A stretch of 64,000 nucleotides of DNA from an uncultured virus (IMG/VR IMGVR_UViG_2724679122_000005) (IMGVR_UViG_2724679122_000005), one strand, 5' to 3'. Positions 49,737 to 60,254 are shown, numbered from the stretch's first letter. Notes: generated from the sequence alone by a model not told the origin. Made by a program: numbers and translations.

Positions 49737-50693
49737 ATGACTACAACAGTTAATTCAGACATGATCATCTACAATCAATTGGCTCAAACTGCTTATTTAG
49801 AGCGTTTGCAAGATAATTTGAATGTATTTAACCAAGCCTCTAATGGTGCAATTGTTTATCGCAATGAGATCATTGAAGGTGATTTCAATAAAGAAGCATT
49901 CTACAAAGTGGGCGGTAGCATCAAACATCGTGATGTGAATTCAACCGCCAAAGTAGTTCCAGAGAAAATTGGTTCTGGTGAATCTGTAGGTGTAAAAGTG
50001 CCATATAAATATGGTCCTTATGCTTCTACTGAAGAGGCATTCAAACGCCGTGCACGTACACCTGAAGAGTTTGCCATGATTCTTGGTTATGATTTAGCAG
50101 ATGCATTGGTTGCTGGTCGTTTACAGTACAGTTTAGCCTCCTTAAAAGCAGCTATTTCTAGCAACCCGGATATGGTTGCCAAAGGCAGTATTGCTGTAGA
50201 TGGGCGTAAAGCATTAACACGTGGTATGCGTAAGTTTGGCGATAAGTTTGGACGTATTAGTTTATGGGTAATGAACTCAGATACTTATTTCGATATTGTC
50301 GATGATGCAATCACTAATCAAATTTATGGCGAATCTGAAATCGTTATCTATGGTGGTTTACCGGGTACCTTAGGTAAGCCGGTATTGGTTACAGATGCCG
50401 TAGGTGATGATGATGCATTTGGTTTGCAAATGGGTGCAGTTACTGTTACAGAATCACAAGTACCAGGCTTCCGCGCGTATGACATCAATGATGAAGAAAA
50501 CTTGGCAATCGGTATGCGTGCTGAGGGTACATTTAACCTAGATATTCTTGGTTATAGCTGGGATACATCAAAAGGTGAAAACCCTGACCTTACTTTACTT
50601 GGTTCAAGTGCCAACTGGAAAAAACATGCTACTAGCAACAAAATGACAGCAGGCACATTGCTTGATCTATCTGGCACAACAACAACTGGTTAA
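49737..50693 (+). CDS. Major capsid protein, type 2
   Basis: QTAYLERLQDNLNVFNQASNGAI; GYSWD..NW. Confidence 0.85.
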   Translation: MTTTVNSDMIIYNQLAQTAYLERLQDNLNVFNQASNGAIVYRNEIIEGDFNKEAFYKVGGSIKHRDVNSTAKVVPEKIGSGESVGVKVPYKYGPYASTEEAFKRRARTPEEFAMILGYDLADALVAGRLQYSLASLKAAISSNPDMVAKGSIAVDGRKALTRGMRKFGDKFGRISLWVMNSDTYFDIVDDAITNQIYGESEIVIYGGLPGTLGKPVLVTDAVGDDDAFGLQMGAVTVTESQVPGFRAYDINDEENLAIGMRAEGTFNLDILGYSWDTSKGENPDLTLLGSSANWKKHATSNKMTAGTLLDLSGTTTTG

Positions 50694-50756
50694 CTCATAA
50701 ACATCTCACTATAAGAGGCTATTAAGCCATCTTTTTACATTTAAGAGAAATGCATC

Positions 50757-51423
50757 ATGAAGCTAATTTATACACGTATTGCTGCTGCAGCTGCGTTAGA
50801 GGTTGGAACTATTGCCAATCCTGATTATTACGAACATCCGAATCGAAGTGCTGAAGAAGTAATTATTTACGGTGATTACCCGAAAATCCAAAATGATTAC
50901 CAAGCTCTGGATATTCCTGTTGAAGTTCGCAAATTGGAAGAGCCTGCAAAAAACGACTTTGGCCACTGTAAATGTAGCGGTTGGAATTACTCCAGAGCTG
51001 CAAGAAGTTATTGATAAAACTAAAGCTGAGTGTGAAAAGGTTGTTGAGGAAAACGGACAACTTAAACAGAAAATCGAAATCTTGGAACAAGCTAGTGGTG
51101 ATAGTTCGGAGTTAATTTCTGAAAACTCACGTTTAAAAGATGCTGTACTCCAAGCTGACAATGCTACTAAAGCGGCTGAAGAAAAGGTAGTAAGCATTCA
51201 AGCAGAGTTTGATGCTTTTAAAAACGATATTCCCGCAATGCAAGCACGTATTGTTGAATTGGAAGCTGGAAAATCGGCAGAAAACCCAGCTACAGAAACG
51301 GCAGCTAATGATTTTGAAAACTGGTCAAATGATCAATTAAAAGAGTATTTGGCTAGTAAAAATATTGGTTACAAGCCGTCAGCAACAAAAGCAGAACTTC
51401 TTAAATTAATCCCTAAGGAATAA
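50757..51423 (+). CDS. Coiled-coil protein with HeH/LEM-like tail (frameshift)
   Basis: Two ORF pieces; ATKAELLKLIPKE. Confidence 0.7.
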
Positions 51424-51427
51424 TGCA

Positions 51428-51817
51428 ATGAGCTTTATTACTGTAGATGACGCAAATTCAATTTTGGGCAGCGATTTTGCACCAGACAGTGATAAAGCTC
51501 GTCTGGTTAAACTGTCAAATGTCTGGATGAAAAACAGAATAGGTTTTGTACCTGATCCTATTGATCCACTTCTTAAGGACGCGGCTTGTGAAATTATCAA
51601 AGGAATTCTGGCCAAAGTAATTTATAACGGCAAAGACCAGCAATTGAAGCGTAAAAAGGTCAAAGCTGATTCTGTTGAGTCAGAAAAAGAATACCAAGAC
51701 GGATCTGAAGCAATTTCTAGCTTTGAACAGATAGCAATTGATTATATTGATTCGCTTGATTTGAAAGATCCTAATGCAAGTTTTAATAGCTTCGGCATTC
51801 CACTTTACAGGGCATAA
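51428..51817 (+). CDS. Head-tail adaptor
   Basis: Homolog of 42400-42780. Confidence 0.7.
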   Translation: MSFITVDDANSILGSDFAPDSDKARLVKLSNVWMKNRIGFVPDPIDPLLKDAACEIIKGILAKVIYNGKDQQLKRKKVKADSVESEKEYQDGSEAISSFEQIAIDYIDSLDLKDPNASFNSFGIPLYRA

Positions 51818-51820
51818 ATA

Positions 51821-52189
51821 ATGGGCTTACGTGACGAAATTCAGGCAGATATTGCTGAAGCATTTAATGAAGATTTAGCAGATGCCGTTCATACCTTTAC
51901 ATGTGAGCGGATCTCAAAAACTAATTGGGATCCTAAAACTGAAACTTATGTTGAAGTTAAAGAAAACTATTCTGGCCGTGGCGTTCTGTTTGGTTCTTAC
52001 AGTCAATATGAGATTGAGACGCTTGGAGTGCTGGCTACTGATAAAAAAGCAACTGTGCTGCAAAATGAAGTATCCATGACTCCAAAAATTGACGATGAAT
52101 GGCTAACAGCTTTAGGCTCATTTCGAGTTATCCATATTCAACAAGATCCAGCCAGTACAATCTGGAAATGTCAGCTTCGAAAAGTGTAG
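51821..52189 (+). CDS. Head closure protein
   Basis: Homolog of 42781-43149. Confidence 0.7.
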   Translation: MGLRDEIQADIAEAFNEDLADAVHTFTCERISKTNWDPKTETYVEVKENYSGRGVLFGSYSQYEIETLGVLATDKKATVLQNEVSMTPKIDDEWLTALGSFRVIHIQQDPASTIWKCQLRKV

Positions 52190-52197
52190 GGGCTAAA

Positions 52198-52602
52198 ATG
52201 GTTAATCCTGATTATGTTCCTGAATGGTATATCTCGCCTTTTCAACATGTGCAGTACACGCTTGCTCGAAATCAACTACACATGGATTTGTTATTTGAAG
52301 ATATGGATAAAGCCGATCAATTTTTGGATATGGGAGCGGATGCACAGGTTAGTACTTTTTCTGATGGCGCATATGCAATCGTCCAAATTGGTGATACGGC
52401 GGATAAAGACCAAATTCAAGTTTATGGATTGCTTTTACATGAAGCTGTTCATATCTGGCAAATAGTAAAACGGAGAATGGGTGAGCGAGAGCCTAGTGTG
52501 GAATTTGAAGCTTATTCAATTCAGGCAATCGCTCAAGACCTATTTGAAATGTTCGAAGCTAATGAGGTAAATCATGGGATGGAAGGGGAAAAGGCCAACT
52601 GA
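52198..52602 (+). CDS. Phage protein with HExxH motif
   Basis: LLHEAVH. Confidence 0.7.
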   Translation: MVNPDYVPEWYISPFQHVQYTLARNQLHMDLLFEDMDKADQFLDMGADAQVSTFSDGAYAIVQIGDTADKDQIQVYGLLLHEAVHIWQIVKRRMGEREPSVEFEAYSIQAIAQDLFEMFEANEVNHGMEGEKAN

Positions 52603-52942
52603 TTTTAGTTTTGATGTGGCTAAAATGGCAGAGGAAAAAGTAAAGAAAATTACAATGGATGCTGTTCAGTCTTTGGTCGTTTCAAGTCCTGTTGATACTG
52701 GCGCTTATCGTGCTTCGCATATCGTTTCAATTGGATCTGGTGATTATGGTGTCCGTGGACCTGAAACAAATGCTATTCAGGATGCAGCTATTCAAGCTGT
52801 GAAGTTTAAGTTGGGCAATTTAGTTTATATCCAGAACAACCAGCCTTATGCACCCCGCTTAGAAAATGGGTGGTCTGATCAAGCACCACAAGGAATTTAC
52901 AACATCACCTTTACCTTTATTTCTCAGAAGTATGGCGGCTAA
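52574..52942 (+). CDS. HK97 gp10-like tail component
   Basis: SPVDTGAYRAS. Confidence 0.85.
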   Translation: MGWKGKRPTDFSFDVAKMAEEKVKKITMDAVQSLVVSSPVDTGAYRASHIVSIGSGDYGVRGPETNAIQDAAIQAVKFKLGNLVYIQNNQPYAPRLENGWSDQAPQGIYNITFTFISQKYGG

Positions 52943-52943
52943 A

Positions 52944-53269
52944 ATGGCAATGACTTTAGAGCAGACAAGGCAAGCTATTATCGATCGTATGCAAGCTTTT
53001 ACCGGTATTACGCAAGACAGAATCCAGTATCCAAATTTACCAGGCTTTAATGTACCTAAAGATGGTGTTTGGTGCCGCTTAACGATTGCAGGTGGTCCCA
53101 GTTTTACTTCTGGCATTGCAGATAAGCCATGTACTCGCCGTACCGGTAATATCATGATTCAATGCTTTGTACGTCCCAATTCAGGAATAATTGAAATCAC
53201 AAAATTGAGTGATGCATTACTTGCTCATTTTGAATATTTCACAATCGAACACTTAGAATGTTTGAATGG
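52944..53269 (+). CDS. Tail terminator-like protein (cut by gap)
   Basis: Homolog of 44519-44917. Confidence 0.7.
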
Positions 53270-53369
53270 NNNNNNNNNNNNNNNNNNNNNNNNNNNNNNN
53301 NNNNNNNNNNNNNNNNNNNNNNNNNNNNNNNNNNNNNNNNNNNNNNNNNNNNNNNNNNNNNNNNNNNNN

Positions 53370-53753
53370 CAGAAGATTCAGGAAGACGCAGACAAGGACA
53401 AGGCTTTAATTCTGGGAAAGTCATGGAGCTCTACAAATACCAAAAAACGTATGCGTCGAAAACGCCGCACGAAATCGAGCAAATCAAGTTCTTAGGCGGC
53501 CGTATTCCGGATCCGCCAGAATATTCGTATGCGGCTGATTCAATTCTTTCGGCATTTAGCACTATATGTCGATCCAGACGTTATGAGCAAAGCATACCGT
53601 TATCTTTAGATCAGCAGGCTATCAATGTCTATGCTGAGCATAATGATTTGCCAGTGGCTGCTCATATTTTTTAATGACTGTATTTTTGCGTTGGATAATT
53701 TGTTTTTGGAGGAGTGCCATAAGAAGATATCAACCAAAAGCAAAGGTAAGTGA
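53370..53753 (+). CDS. Tail assembly chaperone G/GT (3' part) with -1 slippery site GGGAAAG at 53414-53420
   Basis: Frame 0 stops at 53495; -1 frame continues; upstream of tape measure. Confidence 0.7.
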
Positions 53754-53900
53754 CCAAATTAGGTATTGCCAGGGACTGAAAAGCCTAATTTGGTCAAAAC
53801 GTCAAACAATTAAGCAGTTGCTCTTAAACGCGACTCAAAATAACGCAGTCGATGTTACAAAATACTTGATCTGGATTGACAGAAAATTACCTTTAAGGTG

Positions 53901-53954
53901 TTGCGCGTGATTATCAAATGATGAATAATCACCTTACCGTCAATATTTGACGGT
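53901..53954 (+). promoter_or_regulatory. TA promoter with inverted repeats
   Basis: TTGCGC-17 bp-AATAAT overlapped by GTGATTAT/ATAATCAC; ACCGTCAA-N3-TTGACGGT at 53936. Confidence 0.55.
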
Positions 53955-53983
53955 TCAGCATTCTTTTACTCTTTCCAAGAACC

Positions 53984-54298
53984 TTGGTGTTTGCTTGTAT
54001 GTGTTTAACATTAACTGAAGCTAAACAAAAACTTAGAGCATTTGCTAGAGATACTAGCAAAATCAAGTTAACTGCACATGCAAAAGAAAGAATGAAAGAA
54101 CGCTGTATCTCTATGAAGCAAATTATTTGCTGTTTTGAGCATGGAGATATTACTGAGGGGCCGTACCCAAATACTCGTGGTGATTGCCAGTTAAATGTTT
54201 CTGTTCGCACTGCAGGCGAATACATAACAACAGCTGTTGCAATCAAGCAGAGCGAGAACGGTGAATTCTCAGTAGTAGTCACTACATTTAGAGAGTAG
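53984..54298 (+). CDS. DUF4258-like putative toxin
   Basis: LTAHAKERMKERCI..VVVTT. Confidence 0.7.
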   Translation: MVFACMCLTLTEAKQKLRAFARDTSKIKLTAHAKERMKERCISMKQIICCFEHGDITEGPYPNTRGDCQLNVSVRTAGEYITTAVAIKQSENGEFSVVVTTFRE

Positions 54299-54306
54299 GC
54301 TAAATT

Positions 54307-54765
54307 ATGTATCACTATGAAGAATGCGGTCTGAGCAATATTTGGCTGCGCAATGGATTTACAATTGAAAATGATGAAGACTATGGTGAACTCGTATCTA
54401 TTGAATCTGTTCATGAGCTTCATAATGCCATTGGGTTGTTCTTAATTACGCAAAAGCCTGACTTGAATGGTGAGGAAATTCGTTTTTTACGTAAAGAACT
54501 AAACTTGTCACAGAAGAATCTTGCTGGGCTTTTAGGAGTCAGTGAGACTAGTATTAGACATTGGGAAGCTGATCGCGGTTTAATTGGTAAACCTACTGAG
54601 CTATTACTTCGTGCATTATATAAAGAGCATGTTCAAGGTGATGGCAAACTAAGAAGTATGATTGAGTCATTAAATCATCAGGAACGAACTTTAGTACCAA
54701 GTGAAATTAGTTTTTCATATGGAAATAACCATTCATGGCATCAAACCAATTGTGAAATAGCTTAG
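54307..54765 (+). CDS. XRE-HTH antitoxin (MqsA/HigA-like)
   Basis: MYHYEECGLSNIWL.NG; EIRFLRKELNLSQKNLA..WE. Confidence 0.75.
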   Translation: MYHYEECGLSNIWLRNGFTIENDEDYGELVSIESVHELHNAIGLFLITQKPDLNGEEIRFLRKELNLSQKNLAGLLGVSETSIRHWEADRGLIGKPTELLLRALYKEHVQGDGKLRSMIESLNHQERTLVPSEISFSYGNNHSWHQTNCEIA

Positions 54766-54869
54766 TTAGTTTTATTTGATAGAAACCACCTTCGGGTGGT
54801 TTTCCTTTATGTGACATTTAGTAACCAGTTTGTTAAAGTTAGTACACTTTATAACAAACGGTGAAATTC

Positions 54870-55550
54870 ATGAAAAAAATATTGGCTGCGGGTTTAATTG
54901 GTCTTGGGTTGGTGGGGTGCGCTACTCCAGCCTATAATTATCAAGCTATACCTAAAAATATAAGCAAACCGCCAATTGGATCAGTTAATAAAGCATTTGT
55001 AGGGGATCAAATGCTTGAACAGGGAATGGTGGTTGATCGTGAAGTTCTAAACGTCCCTGAAAATATTAAAATTAGTTTTGCTTATTCACTTACTTCAGGC
55101 ATTTACTTAAAAACAGGCAAAAATGAAAAAGGGCAATATTTTCAGCCATTCAACACTGTCAGTGGTGGGGGGATGGTTCAGAAAAACCCTTTAGCTGACC
55201 CATTTAAAGTAGTTATGTTAGATACTGAAGGTAAGCTCTGTGTAGTAACAGTATTTAATGCAAAAAACTGTACTGATAAACATCAAGCTACTATGAAGAC
55301 AGTAGCAATTGCATCAGATAATTCCTTCCAACAAACATTAATTTATAGTGGAAAATTTGGAAATAAAATTAATGTCGGGTACCGTGAATTCTCAAGTAAT
55401 CAAGCACGTCCTGCATTCAATAATGATGTTGAATATGATTTAAGCCAATCTAAGCAAATAGGTTATAAAGGTGCTTTATTGGAAGTAATTGATGCCACTA
55501 ATCAAGATATTACTTACAAAGTTTTGAAGAACTTTAACAAGGTAGATTAA
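54870..55550 (+). CDS. Moron lipoprotein
   Basis: GLVGC lipobox; FQQTLIYSG..YREF. Confidence 0.8.
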   Translation: MKKILAAGLIGLGLVGCATPAYNYQAIPKNISKPPIGSVNKAFVGDQMLEQGMVVDREVLNVPENIKISFAYSLTSGIYLKTGKNEKGQYFQPFNTVSGGGMVQKNPLADPFKVVMLDTEGKLCVVTVFNAKNCTDKHQATMKTVAIASDNSFQQTLIYSGKFGNKINVGYREFSSNQARPAFNNDVEYDLSQSKQIGYKGALLEVIDATNQDITYKVLKNFNKVD

Positions 55551-55551
55551 G

Positions 55552-55815
55552 ATGAGTGCACCACAATATAAACCAATGAGAGAAAGTGAAGTTTGTAATG
55601 CTATCGGGTGGGTGTTAATAGCTCTTGGCTTTATCGCAGGTTTTTTATTTATTCTTGCATTTGGTCGAATTGAAGTAGCTTCTTACTATGGTAAAGAAAC
55701 GGTTTGGTCTGGAGTTATGATAGCAACAGGAATCGGAATTATATTTAATGGATTCCTTGCAGGCTACTTATTTCAAAAAGTAGCTAGTATTCTTCGTTAC
55801 CATGAGAATAAATAA
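55552..55815 (+). CDS. 2-TM membrane protein
   Basis: Two hydrophobic segments. Confidence 0.75.
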   Translation: MSAPQYKPMRESEVCNAIGWVLIALGFIAGFLFILAFGRIEVASYYGKETVWSGVMIATGIGIIFNGFLAGYLFQKVASILRYHENK

Positions 55816-55943
55816 TATCTTGCATAAGCACCCTAGGATGCTTTTTAAAATTGGTTTAACTACCCTGCTTGGTAATTATATTTAACTTAAAAAGAACTAC
55901 CCACTCATTGAGTGGGTTTTTTTATTGCCTAGAGGAAAGTAAA

Positions 55944-58900
55944 ATGGCACAAGAATCCCGTTTGGTCATTGTTATTGATTCGCAAAATGCTGAACGTAAT
56001 GCGCGTAATCTAGGCAATGAACTTGTTAGCATTGAACGTAAAGGTGAATTTGCATCTAAGTCTATGGACAGCTTGTCTGTAGCCACCAGAGCTTTAGCTG
56101 GACACATGGCTGGTTTATTAACAGTAGGTTCAGCCATTTCAAAGATGGATACATATACTGGATTACAAAATCGCCTTAAGTTAGTCACTAACAATCAAGT
56201 TGAACTAAATAAAGCAACGGAAGACACTTTCCGAATTGCTCAAAAAACCTATTCAGCTTGGGATTCTGTGTTACAGGTTTACCAGCGTTTTAGTGATAAT
56301 GCCAAAACTTTAAACCTCACAATGGATGACACAGCACGTTTAACTGAAACAGTTTCTAAAGCTGTAGCAATTAGTGGTGCAAGCGCAGAAGCTGCTGATG
56401 CAGCTTTAGTTCAGTTCGGGCAGGCCTTGGCTAGTGGAACGTTGCGTGGAGAAGAACTTAATTCTGTAATGGAGCAAACCCCAGCACTAGCAAAGGCTAT
56501 TGCTAAAGGTATGGGTATTACTGTAGGTGAATTACGTTCAGTAGCAGCTGAAGGAAAAATTACTTCACAAGAAATTGTAAAAGCGCTTAGAAATGTAGAA
56601 TCTGATGTTGATGCTCTTTTTGCTAAAACAGATATCACAATCGGGCAGTCTCTCACACTCCTAAACAACGAGATCACAAAATTTGTTGGCGAAGCAGGTA
56701 AGGGAAGTGGTGCGGCACAGGTATTAGCTGGATCAGTTCAAACTCTTGCAAGTAATTTAGATTTAATTGCTGATGGGGCTTTAGTAGTTGGTATTGGATA
56801 TATCACTCGTGCAATTTTGATGAAGAGCGCTGCTATTAAAGAGGGAATGGCTTCAACTTTAGCGAGCCGCCAAGCATCTGTATTAAATGCTCAAGCAGAA
56901 TATGCAGAAGCTACCGCTGCTTTGAATGCAGCAAAAGCTCATCTCGCGAATGTGCGAGCAACAAATGCAGAAACCCAAGCTAAATTTGGCGCAACAGCGG
57001 CAGCAACTCGATACGCACAAGCACAGGCAGCAGTAACTGCTGCTACAAATGCACAAACAGCAGCTCAAATTAAGCTAAATACTGCAACTTCAATTGCAGG
57101 GAGACTAGCTAAAGGGGCGTTTGGATTAATTGGTGGGTGGGCTGGAGTTGCAACATTAGGAGTAATGGGATTAGCGGCAGCCTATTCTTATTTTAATAAT
57201 AAGGCAGAGGAGGCAAAGCAAAAGCTTGCTGAACAAGCTAAAGTTGCTGAGAAAGCTGATGAGGAGTTAAAAAAATTAACTGGCAATGATAAGGCTAAAG
57301 CAGTTAATGATTTAACTACTGCTTTTAATGCACAAAATAAAGCATTAGAGAAATCATCGCGTGCTGTAGGGTCTGCATTAATTGATATCGAGAACTATGC
57401 ACGAGGAAATAGGGAGGTTGAAAAAATTTCCCAAGAAGCGAGAACTGGAACTATCAGCTATACAGAAGCCATTGAACGTCTAAATAAAATTAAGTTGCCT
57501 ACAGATCTATATGAAAATCTGAAAAAACAGGCTGCGCAGTATGATGACAATGCATCTAAAGCAAGTTTATCAGCTGAGAAACTTAAATTATTAAGAGTTG
57601 AAGTGAAACTTGGAGGTAATGAAGCACAAAATGCGGCAATTCAGCATCAAAAACAAGCGGATGCTTTAGGAAATACTGCTACTGAAGCAGAAAAGGCAAC
57701 TAAGGCTTTGCAAGATTATCAAGCCAAGCAAAAAGATAGCGTTATTGATTCAATCTATAAATCAGGTTGGCTTGATAAAGGTTACACTGTTGCTCAAGCT
57801 AATGCCATTTTAGAACTGCAAAAAGCTAAAGGAATGAGTGCAATTTTGTCTAAAGATGAAATTGATAGCGCACTTAGAAATCTCAAGATCATCGAAGAAC
57901 AACAGGAGCGAGAAGATAAATTAACTGAAGCTAAAAGAAAGCAGACGCAGGAAATTGAAAAACAAGCAAAACTTACTAAACGCTTGGTCGGTATTTCCGG
58001 TCAATCCGGTATTGGTACTGGTCCACATCTTGACGTCCGATATGGTGGCTCATTGTCAGGTCAGAAAGTTTCTAATGAACATCTGGCTCGATTACAGGCG
58101 GGAGGAAAACCTTTAACTTCCTACAAGATCAGTTCTAATTATGGTCCACGAAAAGCCCCAACTAAAGGGGCTTCTTCATTTCATAAAGGTATTGATTTTT
58201 CAATGCCTGAAGGAACACCAATCACGACCAATGTTGCTGTGAAAGATATCAAGACATGGTATGACAGCAAGGGAGGTGGTTATGTCAGTGAAGTGATCTT
58301 TGAGGATGGAGTGTCTCTTAAGCTTCTACATCAATCTCCCAAGATGCAGAGCAAGGTGAAAGGTGGTGCAAGTAAAGGAAGTGATAAAGCAGCTGGTGAT
58401 ATTCAATCTCAACTTGAACGTCAACAGGATTTGCAACGGTCACTTGAAAATGAGGTGGCTAGTGAAGTCGGACGGATTAACAATAATAGAAAGGCAAGAC
58501 TGGAGGATGTTGATAAAGCAAACTTTAGCCCGGAACGTACTGCAGAAATAAAGGCGGAAATAAATCGTCGTGCAGATAATGATATTGCTATAGCCAAACA
58601 AGCCCTTAGAACGAAATTGGAAGACTATAAGGAGTTCCAGAAAACCGAGGAACAGTTACTAGAAGAGTCCTTTAACCGTAAAAAGTTCAATGCAGCTCAT
58701 GACCTTGAATTAAGTAAGTTTGAGCAGAAGCAAGCTGTTGAATTGCTGGAACAGCAAAAACAGCAAGAGTTAGGGTTATTAAAACTAGCTCAGGAACAGC
58801 GGTTGTTTCAAGCCCGTTTATCTCTGCTTTCTGAAACGCAAGCCATGCAGGAACGTTACAGACTCGAACGGGAGGAAATTCTTAAGAATACCAAGCTTTC

Positions 58901-60254
58901 TATAGAAGAGCGGCAAAAGCTAATCGCATTATCTAAAGCCAATCAGGATAAAGAGACACGCGATAAAGTGAATAATGCTGTTCAAAACTGGGGTGGTATC
59001 CAAGCGGATATGAATGGTACCGGAGAATTTTTCAGACAGGATCAGGAACGATTTAGCCGTTTAAATGCTGCAAATGATTTAGCAGATAGTCAATTTGCTG
59101 CTACTGATCTTGATGAAAAAAATGGTTTAGATGTTCTAAATGCACACATGGAAGCAGGACTCATCAAGCAACAGGACTTCGAAAACCGGAAAACAGCTAT
59201 CATTCAAGCTGCTCAGGACCAACGCAATCAGATCGCTGCCGAATATGCTCAGAATGCTCAGGATATTGAAGATAAGTATCACCAAGATCGATTGAATGCT
59301 CAAATTGCTCTTGGTGGCCAAATGATGGGTTCACTCACATCGATGTTTGGTTCAATGTTTGGCGAGCAATCAAAAGCATACAAGATCATGTTTGCTGCTG
59401 ATAAAGCTTATGCCATTGCAGCTGCAGGTATTTCTATTCAGCAAAGTATTGCAAAGGCGGCTAGTGTTGGTTTTCCAGCAAATATCCCATTAATTGCAAG
59501 TGCTATTGCACAAGGTGCAAGCATCATTGCAAACATCCGGGCAATTAAAGATCAAGGCTTTGCTGACGGTGGTTACACTGGATCAGGTGGGAAATATCAG
59601 CCTGCTGGTATTGTCCATAAAGGAGAGGTGGTCTGGTCCCAAGAAGATATTAAACGCTGGGGCGGTGTTGGCTTAGTCGAGAAAATGCGTAAGAGTGCAA
59701 ACCCTGAAGCTTTTCTCAATAACAATGCCTTGGCAGATAGTGTCATGCGCCGTGCAATGATGAGCTCTAGTGCCTTTATAGAAAGCCAAAAGCAGGCTGA
59801 CATCTTTAATCAACCGGTTCAAGATACTCAGATTATCTATAAGGGTAATAGAGACACACCTAAATTAGCTTCTTCTGGAAATTTAGACTTATTCCATGAT
59901 GGCAAGGTCTACTTCTCATCCAATGGTTTAGTTCAGGATCGTTCAAATCTGGATGATGTTCAGGACTTTACTTTAGGAAGTACTTCACGCCCTCAAGCTG
60001 AGATGATGCCTTCAATTGAGCCAGCTTCACCGACAATCAATTTCAAAATTGAAGTGATTAATCAGGTGAGTGGGGCGACAGTTGAAGCCGAACAACTGGA
60101 CGAGCAAACAGTCCGGATCATTGTTAAAGATGAACTGGATAAGCAGCTTCCAAGAACGGTACCTAAGCTTGTAAGTGATCAAATCGCAAATCCAAACTCA
60201 ACCATTAGTCGGTCTTTGACTGAGAATACGACAGCGAGAAGAAATCGTACTTAA
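55944..60254 (+). CDS. Tape measure protein with internal M23-like domain
   Basis: QFGQALASGTLRGEELNSV; Ala-rich helices; FADGGYTG..AGIVHKGE. Confidence 0.95.
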   Translation: MAQESRLVIVIDSQNAERNARNLGNELVSIERKGEFASKSMDSLSVATRALAGHMAGLLTVGSAISKMDTYTGLQNRLKLVTNNQVELNKATEDTFRIAQKTYSAWDSVLQVYQRFSDNAKTLNLTMDDTARLTETVSKAVAISGASAEAADAALVQFGQALASGTLRGEELNSVMEQTPALAKAIAKGMGITVGELRSVAAEGKITSQEIVKALRNVESDVDALFAKTDITIGQSLTLLNNEITKFVGEAGKGSGAAQVLAGSVQTLASNLDLIADGALVVGIGYITRAILMKSAAIKEGMASTLASRQASVLNAQAEYAEATAALNAAKAHLANVRATNAETQAKFGATAAATRYAQAQAAVTAATNAQTAAQIKLNTATSIAGRLAKGAFGLIGGWAGVATLGVMGLAAAYSYFNNKAEEAKQKLAEQAKVAEKADEELKKLTGNDKAKAVNDLTTAFNAQNKALEKSSRAVGSALIDIENYARGNREVEKISQEARTGTISYTEAIERLNKIKLPTDLYENLKKQAAQYDDNASKASLSAEKLKLLRVEVKLGGNEAQNAAIQHQKQADALGNTATEAEKATKALQDYQAKQKDSVIDSIYKSGWLDKGYTVAQANAILELQKAKGMSAILSKDEIDSALRNLKIIEEQQEREDKLTEAKRKQTQEIEKQAKLTKRLVGISGQSGIGTGPHLDVRYGGSLSGQKVSNEHLARLQAGGKPLTSYKISSNYGPRKAPTKGASSFHKGIDFSMPEGTPITTNVAVKDIKTWYDSKGGGYVSEVIFEDGVSLKLLHQSPKMQSKVKGGASKGSDKAAGDIQSQLERQQDLQRSLENEVASEVGRINNNRKARLEDVDKANFSPERTAEIKAEINRRADNDIAIAKQALRTKLEDYKEFQKTEEQLLEESFNRKKFNAAHDLELSKFEQKQAVELLEQQKQQELGLLKLAQEQRLFQARLSLLSETQAMQERYRLEREEILKNTKLSIEERQKLIALSKANQDKETRDKVNNAVQNWGGIQADMNGTGEFFRQDQERFSRLNAANDLADSQFAATDLDEKNGLDVLNAHMEAGLIKQQDFENRKTAIIQAAQDQRNQIAAEYAQNAQDIEDKYHQDRLNAQIALGGQMMGSLTSMFGSMFGEQSKAYKIMFAADKAYAIAAAGISIQQSIAKAASVGFPANIPLIASAIAQGASIIANIRAIKDQGFADGGYTGSGGKYQPAGIVHKGEVVWSQEDIKRWGGVGLVEKMRKSANPEAFLNNNALADSVMRRAMMSSSAFIESQKQADIFNQPVQDTQIIYKGNRDTPKLASSGNLDLFHDGKVYFSSNGLVQDRSNLDDVQDFTLGSTSRPQAEMMPSIEPASPTINFKIEVINQVSGATVEAEQLDEQTVRIIVKDELDKQLPRTVPKLVSDQIANPNSTISRSLTENTTARRNRT

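Noticed and set aside
52866..53674. ORFs spanning N gaps (also 6130-6363, 22379-23257)
   Set aside because: They fuse unrelated contigs through X runs.
53929..54423. 164-aa antisense ORF over the TA locus, and similar antisense ORFs in dnaB, portal and tape measure genes
   Set aside because: They overlap well-supported genes on the other strand and show no recognisable motifs.
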